Of a stretch of DNA of 64,000 bases, positions 19,849 to 28,813 are shown one piece after another. Source of the stretch: Myxococcota bacterium (GTDB taxonomy: Bacteria; Myxococcota_A; UBA9160; UBA4427). Numbering within the stretch: the first letter of the stretch is position 1; every line of letters starts with the position of its first letter. Made by a program: the position numbers and the translations under genes. The notes under the pieces were generated by a model. That model was not told the origin of the DNA, searched no databases, and worked only from the letters and a program-made list of their open reading frames with translations. The stretch spans positions 9,298-73,297 of the forward strand of contig JASDVF010000048.1 in assembly GCA_041440805.1 (NCBI GenBank). The letters are read 5' to 3'.

Positions 19849-21513
19849 ATGGCAGTTTCGAAGCGGGAATACGATGTCTGTGTGATCGGGACCGGCGCTG
19901 GTGGTGGCGTCATGATCGATCAGCTGACGGCGGCGGGCTTTGAGGTCGTTGCGCTTGAGCGGGGAGGGCGGGTCGGGCCCATCGATTTCGATGACGATGA
20001 ACTTCGGAATGTGATCCGAGACGAGGTTTTTTCGCCGGACCAGCTCGAGACGTACCGGCACGACGCGGACTCTTCAAGCCTAACGGGTCGCTTCAGCCAT
20101 CTCGCGCATTGTGTCGGCGGTACGATGACCCATTGGGCTGCGTGGTCCTGGCGATTTCAGCCCGATGATTTCGAGGTGCTTTCAAAGGAGGGGCCGGTCG
20201 AAGGTGCGAGCCTTGCGGATTGGCCAATCTCCTACGCCGAACTCGAGCCTTTCTATACAAAGGCGGAGCACGAGTTTGGTGTTGCTGGAGATCATACGAA
20301 GAATCCCTTCGGCGCCCCGCAGACGACGGCGCTGCCTAACCCGCCGCATCCGATCCGCGTCTCAGCACAAAAATTCAACGCAGGGGCGAAGAAGCTCGGG
20401 TATCACCCCTTCGCGGTGCCAAAGGCGATTAACTCTCGGCCCTTCGGCGGACGTCCCCGATGTATGTACGGCGGCGCTTGCCGCTCTTACGGATGTCCGA
20501 TTCATGCGAAGGCGACGACGCTTTCCATTTCGCTTCCGCGCGCAGAGCGCTCGAATAATCTGGATCTGCGCGAGAACGCGATGGTCTTCGATCTGCCGAT
20601 TGACGCTTCGGGTCGCGTGACGGGAGCTCGCTATTTCGACAAAGCTGGCAATGAGCACGAGGTGAAAGCGAAGCACACGATTGTGTCGGCTGGATCGATT
20701 GGCACACCGCAGCTCCTGCTCCTCTCGAAATCAGCTTTGTTCCCCCAAGGTCTGGGGAACGGCTCGGGCCTCGTGGGACGCAATCTCACTTTCCATCATC
20801 ACCCTTCGGCTATGGGCGTCTTCGATGAAGATCTTCGTGGCTACACAGGCCTCGAGTCCCACGGAGCCCTCGACGATCTTCACGCGAGTGATTCAAAGCG
20901 CGGCTTCATTCGAGGCGGAGTGGTCGCAGAACTAAATACGTTTACTCATCAACCGATCGCCTACGCCGCGGTCCTGGCGAACGATCATTCCTTCGGTTCG
21001 AGTTGGGGCGCTGGACTCAAGGATCGCATTCGCGCTTTCCCTCGGACGCTATCCCTCGCGGTGATCGCGGAAGAGTTGCCTATGGAAGAGAATGGGGTCG
21101 ACCTGGATCCTGAGGTGCGAGATCGGTTTGGTTTGGCGGTGCCCCGAGTGACGAAGCGGCAGCACTCGAACGATATTGCCATGTTCAACTGGTACGAAAA
21201 GAAGTTGGCGGAGCTGGCAGAAGCGAGCGGTGCAAAACATATCCGCCCGACCCGAAACCCCGAGGTTCATATCACGCCGACCCAAGCGCAAAAAGGGAAC
21301 GCGCATAACCACGGGACCGCGCGGTTCGGCGTCGATCCGTCGAAATCGGTCCTCGATAAATGGTGCCGAAGTCATGAGGTGCCAAATCTCTGGGTCATAG
21401 ACGGCAGCTTTATGCCTACGAGCGCCGGCTACAATCCGACTCTCACTATTTTGGCCAACGCCTATCGCGTGGCGGATCATTTCATTCGGGAGGCGAAGAA
21501 GCAGTCGCTATGA
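19849..21513 (+). CDS. GMC-family FAD oxidoreductase (gluconate 2-dehydrogenase flavoprotein-like)
   Basis: ORF 19825..21513. Preferred start is ATG 19849 (GGGGGAGAG 8 nt upstream). DVCVIGTGAGGG FAD motif. Confidence 0.85.
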   Translation: MAVSKREYDVCVIGTGAGGGVMIDQLTAAGFEVVALERGGRVGPIDFDDDELRNVIRDEVFSPDQLETYRHDADSSSLTGRFSHLAHCVGGTMTHWAAWSWRFQPDDFEVLSKEGPVEGASLADWPISYAELEPFYTKAEHEFGVAGDHTKNPFGAPQTTALPNPPHPIRVSAQKFNAGAKKLGYHPFAVPKAINSRPFGGRPRCMYGGACRSYGCPIHAKATTLSISLPRAERSNNLDLRENAMVFDLPIDASGRVTGARYFDKAGNEHEVKAKHTIVSAGSIGTPQLLLLSKSALFPQGLGNGSGLVGRNLTFHHHPSAMGVFDEDLRGYTGLESHGALDDLHASDSKRGFIRGGVVAELNTFTHQPIAYAAVLANDHSFGSSWGAGLKDRIRAFPRTLSLAVIAEELPMEENGVDLDPEVRDRFGLAVPRVTKRQHSNDIAMFNWYEKKLAELAEASGAKHIRPTRNPEVHITPTQAQKGNAHNHGTARFGVDPSKSVLDKWCRSHEVPNLWVIDGSFMPTSAGYNPTLTILANAYRVADHFIREAKKQSL

Positions 21514-22160
21514 GTAACGATCACCGACACGAAGAATGCCGCGACTCGGAAAAAGTGAATCGCAGAGAGTTTGTTAGGCGAAGCTCGCTTTACGGAGCAG
21601 GAGTGCTCGTCGGGCTGAATGTTCCTCGGCCGCTTGCGGCGGAAGCGGCGGCGAAAGATGCGACGCCAGTGGTCCTGAACGCCACTGAATGGAAGACGCT
21701 CGAGGCCGTGACAGCGCGTATCATCCCAACGGATCACGAGCCCGGTGCTCTCGAAGCGAACTGCGTGAACTTCATAGACAAGGCGCTCGCGAACGAAGAT
21801 GCCGCGGCCGTTCCGCTCTACAAGGGTGGACTGGCCGTATTGAATGGCATCGCGACGAGCCGTTTTGTTAAGCCATTCGCGGCGCTCGATGGGGCGCAGC
21901 AGGATTTAATCCTGGCGGATCTCGAAGCGGGTCGTGCTGCGGAATGGACGATTGGAGACCAGCTTCCGTCGCCGGTCTTCTTCGAGACTCTACGCGTACA
22001 CACGATCGTGGGGTTCTTGGCGGATCCATCCTACGGTGGCAATCGAGACTTCTCCGGTTGGCGCGTTGCGGGCTATCCGGGCCCGCGTCATCGCCGAGGC
22101 GGTTTTACACCGGACCAGGTTGAAGGCAAAGCTCCAATCATTCCCGTCTGGGAGCTCTAG
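21510..22160 (+). CDS. gluconate 2-dehydrogenase subunit-3-family small subunit with TAT signal
   Basis: ATGA overlap with the GMC gene. Twin-arginine motif NRREFVRRSSLYGAGVLVG. Confidence 0.8.
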   Translation: MSNDHRHEECRDSEKVNRREFVRRSSLYGAGVLVGLNVPRPLAAEAAAKDATPVVLNATEWKTLEAVTARIIPTDHEPGALEANCVNFIDKALANEDAAAVPLYKGGLAVLNGIATSRFVKPFAALDGAQQDLILADLEAGRAAEWTIGDQLPSPVFFETLRVHTIVGFLADPSYGGNRDFSGWRVAGYPGPRHRRGGFTPDQVEGKAPIIPVWEL

Positions 22161-22333
22161 TCGGGCGCCGCGACACTCGGCACCCAATGAAAAGTGGACT
22201 CCAGCGCTCGTATCGCGTGTAGCCCCTCCCCAAGCCTGTTCTGTAAAGTTAGAGTTCCGGCCTTCGCCGAAGCGCCCAATCGCCGTCTGGCCCAATTGCG
22301 CGCTGGCCCGTTAATTGAATCAAGGATCCCATC

Positions 22334-23209
22334 ATGAACTTCGCCTATCACGCCACTATGTGTGACCCATCCTTCTACCTGCCCCTAGCCATCGCCGCGG
22401 AAGAAGCGGGTTTCGACACCTTCACGCTTCCGGACAGCATTTGTTATCCCGAAAAGTCCGACAGCAAGTACCCCTACAACGGCACGGGAGACCGTGAGTT
22501 TCTCGAAGGCGTTCCCTTCCTTGAGCCCTTCGTTGTTGTCCCTGCTATGGCCGCGGTCACTTCGAAGATTCGCTTCACGACATCGGTGATGAAGCTCGCG
22601 ATTCGCCAGCCCGTCATTGTCGCGAAGCAACTTTCGTCCGTCGCCTTTCTGTCGAATAACCGGTTCGTCTTCGGTGTCGGGATCAGTCCCTGGCCTGATG
22701 ACTTCGCAGCCTGCCAAATCCCCTGGGAGAAGCGCGGCAAGCGGATGGACGAGATGATGGACATCGTTCGCGGTCTTCTGACCGGTGAGTATTTCTCCTA
22801 TGACGGAGAGATTTTTCAGATCGAGTCGATGCAGATCACGCCTGCACCCAGCAAGCCGGTTCCGATGTTAATTGGTGGGCATTCTAAGCCCGCCCTTAGG
22901 CGCGCCGCACTTCGCGCTGATGGCTTCATTCATGCAGGAGGGACCTTCGATGAGCTGAAAGCGCTGGTCGACGAAATCGATGGGTACCGAAAAGAATACG
23001 GTCGCGATCATCTCCCCTTCGAATACCAGTCGATGGGAGCCGAAGCCTTCAGTCTGGACGGAGTGAAGAAGCTCGAGGACATCGGCGTGAGCGAGGCGGT
23101 TATCGGATTCCGGAATGCCTACGACGGCACGCCTGATACCCAGACGCTGGACGAGAAAATCGGTCAGATGAACTGGTTCGCCGACACCATCATTCAGAAG
23201 TCACGTTAG
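22334..23209 (+). CDS. LLM-class (luciferase-like) oxidoreductase, probably F420-dependent Rv2161c-like
   Basis: 291 aa. TIM-barrel LLM pattern (..AEEAGFDTFTLPDS.., ..FGVGISPW.., ..PMLIGGHS..). Confidence 0.8.
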   Translation: MNFAYHATMCDPSFYLPLAIAAEEAGFDTFTLPDSICYPEKSDSKYPYNGTGDREFLEGVPFLEPFVVVPAMAAVTSKIRFTTSVMKLAIRQPVIVAKQLSSVAFLSNNRFVFGVGISPWPDDFAACQIPWEKRGKRMDEMMDIVRGLLTGEYFSYDGEIFQIESMQITPAPSKPVPMLIGGHSKPALRRAALRADGFIHAGGTFDELKALVDEIDGYRKEYGRDHLPFEYQSMGAEAFSLDGVKKLEDIGVSEAVIGFRNAYDGTPDTQTLDEKIGQMNWFADTIIQKSR

Positions 23210-23316
23210 GCGAACCGTACGAGCGCGTGATAGATGCAGCGTCGCGACGAAGGCTATCGCGGTTCAGGATTAGCTCTTAACCCCCTTATGGCCTTCATGG
23301 GCTGAAACGAGAACGT

Positions 23317-24228
23317 GTGTCTTCGAACCTCGAAATGGCCATAGCGGCGTTCCAGGCCGACAACCTCGTTCAGTTCGTCGTACCGATATTTTTGACCGCC
23401 GTGGTGATCGAAGCCATTTGGTCTCGCTGGGGAGAGCGAGGCCTGTATCACGGGCGAGACTTCGCGGCATCGATGTTCATGCTCCTTGGGTCGGTGCTCA
23501 TTGAAATCGTTCCGAAGATACTCGCGATTGCCGCGATGTTTCAAATTCACGAATTGAGTCCACTGCGTGACGTCGTCGAACGACAGCCCTGGGCTTGGGT
23601 GCTGCTCTTCGTTCTCGATGATTTCACCTACTACTGGTTCCATCGGATGAATCATGAAGTCCGGTTCTTCTGGGCGGGCCACGTGAATCATCACTCGTCG
23701 ACGTATATGAACTTCGGCACGGCGCTTCGTCAGGGCGTGGTGGAACGCGTATACAAGCCTCTCTTTTGGCTTTGGCTCGCGGCGCTCGGGTTTGACCCTG
23801 CGATGATTCTTGTGATGATGGGGCTCAATCTGACCTATCAGTTTTGGACCCATACGGAAGCTGTTCGACGGCTTCCCAAATGGTACGAGGCGGTCTTGAA
23901 TACGCCCTCGCATCACCGTGTTCACCATGGATCGAACGTGCGCTATTTGGACCGAAATCACGGGGGCGTGCTGATTATTTGGGACAAGCTCTTTGGCACT
24001 TTCAGCGCGGAGCTCGACGAAGAGTCTGTCGTGTATGGCCTAACGACGGATATTGGAACCCATAGTCCATGGCGCGTCCTGACCCATGGCTATACCGAGA
24101 TGGCGGCAGACATGCGCCGCAGCTCAAGCGTTGGAGAGCGGCTCCGCTATCTGTTGAAGGCACCCGGCTGGAGTCACGACGGTCCGGATAGGCGTGCCAA
24201 GACCCTGCGGTCTAAGGCCGGTTTGTGA
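23317..24228 (+). CDS. fatty acid hydroxylase / sterol desaturase family membrane di-iron enzyme
   Basis: Three His boxes: HRMNH, HVNHH, HHRVHH. Hydrophobic N-terminal half. GTG start. Confidence 0.85.
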   Translation: MSSNLEMAIAAFQADNLVQFVVPIFLTAVVIEAIWSRWGERGLYHGRDFAASMFMLLGSVLIEIVPKILAIAAMFQIHELSPLRDVVERQPWAWVLLFVLDDFTYYWFHRMNHEVRFFWAGHVNHHSSTYMNFGTALRQGVVERVYKPLFWLWLAALGFDPAMILVMMGLNLTYQFWTHTEAVRRLPKWYEAVLNTPSHHRVHHGSNVRYLDRNHGGVLIIWDKLFGTFSAELDEESVVYGLTTDIGTHSPWRVLTHGYTEMAADMRRSSSVGERLRYLLKAPGWSHDGPDRRAKTLRSKAGL

Positions 24229-25298
24229 GCGAGGAAGTGGGCGGGCTCCCGCTGGATGTGACTGAGGCGTATCTCGCACTCAGTGATGGGTTCGCGCGAC
24301 GTGACGGCGAAGTTGGCCTTCTGCATGAGACGCATCATCTTCGCGCGGCGGACGGCCGTGAATACGTCCTTCAAAAAGTAAGCCCGGTCTTCGCGCCGGA
24401 GATCCACGACAATATCGAGCTCGTTTCACGTCATCTCATCAAGCGTGGGCTGTTTAGCTTTCTGCTCGAGCGCACCCGAGCGGGTGCGCTCTATACGATG
24501 TCTGGATCGGGGGATCGCTGGCGACTCATGACCCGTCTTCCTGGTGTGAGTTTTCACCAGATTCAGACGGTGGCGCAGGCGGAGTCGGCAGGGCAGGTCG
24601 TCGGTCGTTTTCATAGCGCGCTCGAGGATTTCACCGCGCCACTGCAGCCGATGGGCATTCCTTTCCGCGAGCCTGCACTCTATCGAGAGAATCTGAACCG
24701 AGCGCTCAGCAGATGTGCAGACCGAGTTAGGGGCAACGAGGTTCGGGCGGTGGCGCATCAGATCGACGAGCGTTTCGAAATGTTGGGAGCACCCTACGAC
24801 GGGCGCCAGCGCGTGATTCATGGCGACCTGAAGATTTCGAATATTCTCTTCGATGCTGCGGGGCAGGGCGAGGACGCGCCCGATGTAGCGACGGCTTTGA
24901 TTGACTTCGACACGTTGATGCGCGCACCTCTTTGGAGCGAGTGGGGGGACGCGTGGCGTTCATGGTGCAATCGTCGAGGAGAGGATGAACTCGGCGCACA
25001 CTTTGACCTCGAGGTGTTCACCGCATCTCTGCAGGGATTCGTAGCGGGGCTCGGGTCTTCGGTGGCTTCGGATGAACGAGCATCTCTCGTCGATGCGACC
25101 GAACGGATCTCTCTAGAACTTGCGACACGTTATGCGACAGATGCGCTCGAAGAATCCTATTTCGCATGGGACTCTGAGCGCTTTGACAGCGCCTATGCGC
25201 ATAACATTCAGCGTGCTCGTGGGCAGCTCGCGCTTTTTGCAGCGGCGCGTGAGTGCCGTGCCGAGAGAGCGGAACTGATCGAGGCGATACTCAGCTAA
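24225..25298 (+). CDS. APH/choline-kinase-fold phosphotransferase
   Basis: GTGA overlap with the hydroxylase gene. Catalytic loop IHGDLKISNILFD and metal-binding LIDFD. Confidence 0.75.
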   Translation: MSEEVGGLPLDVTEAYLALSDGFARRDGEVGLLHETHHLRAADGREYVLQKVSPVFAPEIHDNIELVSRHLIKRGLFSFLLERTRAGALYTMSGSGDRWRLMTRLPGVSFHQIQTVAQAESAGQVVGRFHSALEDFTAPLQPMGIPFREPALYRENLNRALSRCADRVRGNEVRAVAHQIDERFEMLGAPYDGRQRVIHGDLKISNILFDAAGQGEDAPDVATALIDFDTLMRAPLWSEWGDAWRSWCNRRGEDELGAHFDLEVFTASLQGFVAGLGSSVASDERASLVDATERISLELATRYATDALEESYFAWDSERFDSAYAHNIQRARGQLALFAAARECRAERAELIEAILS

Positions 25299-25368
25299 CT
25301 CAGTGGCGCGGGAACGGCCTTAGCTTGCGGGCGGGGCTTGCGGGGCTCGGCCGGTCGAAGGATGGCCT

Positions 25369-25683
25369 CTACGGCAGCGGAATTCGGGTCTCGATGGCCG
25401 GCCCGAGTGCGGTGGCGTTGCCTTTTACGAGAGGCAATTTGCTTTCGAGACTGAGCTTCCGTCTGATTGGGTGGCGATCGGTCTCTTCGCGTAGGTTCGT
25501 TCGTGCTGCCGTGATGATTTCATTGAGCGAGAGCGGTTCCTTCTGTGCGCTATGGTCGCGGCCGAAGTGCAGCATGCTCTTCGCGATATGATTGCAGCGA
25601 CCAACGTCGCGGCGGATGCTCGCAACGGCCTCCATTCGGGCGTCTGCGTCTGCGCCGGCGTCCGCGTCAGAAATCTCGATCAT
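25369..25683 (-). pseudogene. truncated histidine kinase relic (DHp end and start of the ATPase domain, no N/G boxes)
   Basis: The ORF 25369..25836 tail reads ..IRRDVGRCNHIAKSMLHFGRDHSAQKEPLSLNEIITAARTNL...KLSLESKLPLVKGNATAL.. This follows the usual ..LL.F.R....EP..LNE.i....l.....i.l.....lp.v.gd...L layout. It then stops before any HATPase N-box, and no H-box lies upstream. Confidence 0.45.
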
Positions 25684-25756
25684 CGACGTGCCTACCCTGC
25701 GAGTTTTGGAACACGTCGGAGTCGAGGCGCGTCCAACGCGCTCAAACGGGGGCATC

Positions 25757-27538
25757 ATGAAGAAGGCTTTACTCATTTTCGGGGGACTACTCGTCCTGCT
25801 GGTGATCGTCGCGTTCGTCGCGATTTCGAACGTCAACGGCTACCTCGCCGAGAATCGAGAGACCCTCGCAGGACTCGCGAGTGATGCGGCCGGTCGGAAG
25901 GTGTCCTTCGAGAAGGCTGAGGCCGCCTTCTCGAGCGGGCTTGCAGTCCGCGTCGCGGGCCTTCGGGTCGCGGAGGATCCCGCCTTCGGCAAAGCTGATT
26001 TCCTGCGTCTCGACGATGCCTATGTCGGCGTAAAGATTCTCCCTGCGCTCTCTGGGCGGATCGAAGTGAGCGGGATCCGTTTTGATGGACCGACGATTCG
26101 GGTGATCCAGACGAAGCGGGGCTTCAACTTCTCGACGCTAGGCGGCGGTGGCGGAGAGACCTTAGATGATGCGCCGCAAGGAGACGTGGAAGAGGCGGCG
26201 CCTCTTGCAGTGGCGATTGCAGTACTCAAGATCCAGGGCGGCACGATCTTTTTTGAGGACCGCACCTCGAAGGATGGACTCTCGCTTGTGCTTGAGGACT
26301 TCGAAACTTCGGGCACTGACCTCAGTCTAGATGGGCCGATCGCCCTCGGATTTGAAACGCGAATTCGTTCCGCGAAAGCTGCGGACAAGGGGCTAGAAAG
26401 CTTTTTGTCCGGCGATGTTGCCATCGAGAGTCTTGCGACAACGGCTGGCACGGTTGCCCTTCGGAGCCCGAAAATACATCCGGCAATTTTCGGCGTGCGC
26501 CTGGAAGAGGGCGATGTGGTCGAACGACTGGATGATTTACGAATCGACGTGATCTTGCCGCCGAATCCGGGGAAGTCGGGTTATTCGGTCAATATCCGCT
26601 CGAGCGATGCTCGGCTATCCGGGTTCGATCTCAACGAGATTGCGATTGATCTCTTATACAGGGATGCACCAAGAGGTGCGAAGGTCACGTTTGACCAGGT
26701 GGCGCTGGGTTTAGCGGGGGGACGAATCGATCTTTCCGGTGACATGGTGTTAGGCAAACCCGGCGCTTCGCCTTTCAACTTAAAGACCCGGCTCAAGGAT
26801 TTGGATTCCGGCGAGTTGGCTTCGATCCTTCTAGGGGTCCCTGCCGGCGCATTGTCGGGAACACTCGGGGGGAATATCGACCTCGTCGGAGACAGTCTTG
26901 AATGGGAGACGCTTAAGAAGAGTCTTGCCGGAAGTCTGAAGCTTGATGTGGGCGACGGTGCCCTTGAGCAGGTCAATATTCTCAAGACGCTCGTCGGTCG
27001 ACTGACAAAGGATCCCGGCTTGGGACAGCTGGCGGCGACCTCGATTCGAGACGTCATTCCCGACGCGCTTTCGGGGGATCGCACGCCCTTTGAGGGCATT
27101 GATATGGCGCTCGAAATCCTGAACGGCGCTGTGCACGCGAGAGACTTGCGCGTGACGGCTGGGGACTTCGCGATCGACGCGATCGGAAGTGTTGGCCTCG
27201 ACGGCGCGCTGAACGCGGACGGGAAGATCCTTTTCTCGGAGGATCTTTCTAAGAAAATCCTGGCGAAGGCAGACGGTCTTGGAGCTTTGCTAGGGGATGG
27301 AAAGCAGATTGCTTTGCCACTTCATTTCGGTGGGACCGCGGGCTCTCCAAGCATCACGCCAGACCTTCGTGCGCTGAGCGGCGCGGCAAAGCAGGAACTC
27401 AAGAATCGCGCCGCGAAAGAGCTCGGGGACGCGATTTTTGGGAAGCGAAAGGCCGACGATGGGGCTCAGCAGAATTCCGATCGGGATTCCGCCGAAGGGC
27501 TGATTAGGGAAGGACTCGGACGTTTTCTAGGCCGTTAG
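25757..27538 (+). CDS. AsmA-family protein
   Basis: ORF 25592..27538 trimmed to ATG 25757 (signal anchor MKKALLIFGGLLVLLVIVAFVAI). Long beta-rich G/D/L-rich body. Confidence 0.65.
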   Translation: MKKALLIFGGLLVLLVIVAFVAISNVNGYLAENRETLAGLASDAAGRKVSFEKAEAAFSSGLAVRVAGLRVAEDPAFGKADFLRLDDAYVGVKILPALSGRIEVSGIRFDGPTIRVIQTKRGFNFSTLGGGGGETLDDAPQGDVEEAAPLAVAIAVLKIQGGTIFFEDRTSKDGLSLVLEDFETSGTDLSLDGPIALGFETRIRSAKAADKGLESFLSGDVAIESLATTAGTVALRSPKIHPAIFGVRLEEGDVVERLDDLRIDVILPPNPGKSGYSVNIRSSDARLSGFDLNEIAIDLLYRDAPRGAKVTFDQVALGLAGGRIDLSGDMVLGKPGASPFNLKTRLKDLDSGELASILLGVPAGALSGTLGGNIDLVGDSLEWETLKKSLAGSLKLDVGDGALEQVNILKTLVGRLTKDPGLGQLAATSIRDVIPDALSGDRTPFEGIDMALEILNGAVHARDLRVTAGDFAIDAIGSVGLDGALNADGKILFSEDLSKKILAKADGLGALLGDGKQIALPLHFGGTAGSPSITPDLRALSGAAKQELKNRAAKELGDAIFGKRKADDGAQQNSDRDSAEGLIREGLGRFLGR

Positions 27539-28806
27539 CTTCCCGCGCGAGTGACTTCAAGATCGAGCTTTTCCAAACGACGAATAAAGATGCTATTCGC
27601 GTATTGCAGATAGGGGGTCGTCGCATCGCCCGCTTCATTTGTACGTGGCTGAAGCAGGCTGGTTTGGGCGAGGGTCTCTTCGATAAGAACGCGGGCTTCG
27701 AGCCGGGCGAGGGGGGCGCCAATACAGAAGTGCATGCCTCGACCGAATCCCATGTGCTTCTTTGGATGCTTCCGGTCGAGCAGGAGTGCATCCGGGATTT
27801 CGTGCTGTGTCGCGTCACGATTGGCTGATGCCCATAGCAACATGAGGCGGTCACCCGGGAAGAGATCGTAGCCGCCTAGGCTGCATTCTTGGCGGACCGA
27901 TCGGTAGTGAAAATTGAAGGGCGAGTCGAGCCGGAGGACTTCTTCGAGGAAGCGAGGGATGAGAGCTGCGTCGGAGCGAAGCTGCTCCGCAAGTTCAGGG
28001 TCTTCCGCAAGGCGCCGCATTGCTGACCCGAGGAGCGCCGCGGTGGATTCGCCGCCGGCGCCAAACATCACGATTGCTATGCCGACGGCCTCCTGGCGCT
28101 CGATCTTGCAGGCTCTGACGCCAAGCGCGAGCGCATGAAGAAGTGGCGCATCGGGGTCATCGCTCGGTGCTTCTAAGGCCCGGTCGAAGTGTTCTCCGAG
28201 GTACAACGCCATGGCCGAAGTTTCTCTTGCGAGGAAGCCGAGCCGCTCGGCATCCGCCTCACCGGCCAAGATATCGCCGCCCATCATGGCCCAAACGCGA
28301 AATCGATCGACGTCGGTTTCCGGGAGGCCCAATAGGTTTGCAATTGCGAGCGCAGGGACTCGCTCCGCGATCGGAACGCAATCGCCGCCACCTTGGGCGA
28401 TCCACGGGGACAAAGCCTCGCGTGTCCAGGCGCGAAGGAGCGGCTCCATTTTTGCGATTCGCCGCGCTTCGAGCCGGGGTTGAGAGATTTTTCTATGGAC
28501 CGCATGATCGGGATCGTCTGCCGTCGCGATCACGTGACTCCCACCGACAGCGCTGAGGTCGAAGACGGATGGAGCACCATCTTCGCCACGGAAGAGGACA
28601 CCTGTTAGGTTGGCTGAGAAGTCCGCCTCGCGGCCTAGGGCCTCGTCGATCAATTCCCAGTTCGCGACCGCGTGGACACCGGATTCGCCGATGCGCGCAA
28701 TCGGGTGCTCATTTCGCAGTCGAGCGTAGAGCGAGTAGGGATCCTCGATACATGCCCGCGACATGATTTCGTCCTGGGTGACAGAGTAGAAAGGCGCGCG
28801 TCCCAT
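27535..28806 (-). CDS. cytochrome P450
   Basis: Heme-ligand loop FGRGMHFCIGAPLARLE. EVLR (ExxR). 423 aa. Confidence 0.9.
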   Translation of the reverse strand: MGRAPFYSVTQDEIMSRACIEDPYSLYARLRNEHPIARIGESGVHAVANWELIDEALGREADFSANLTGVLFRGEDGAPSVFDLSAVGGSHVIATADDPDHAVHRKISQPRLEARRIAKMEPLLRAWTREALSPWIAQGGGDCVPIAERVPALAIANLLGLPETDVDRFRVWAMMGGDILAGEADAERLGFLARETSAMALYLGEHFDRALEAPSDDPDAPLLHALALGVRACKIERQEAVGIAIVMFGAGGESTAALLGSAMRRLAEDPELAEQLRSDAALIPRFLEEVLRLDSPFNFHYRSVRQECSLGGYDLFPGDRLMLLWASANRDATQHEIPDALLLDRKHPKKHMGFGRGMHFCIGAPLARLEARVLIEETLAQTSLLQPRTNEAGDATTPYLQYANSIFIRRLEKLDLEVTRAGS

Positions 28807-28813
28807 GGGGATC

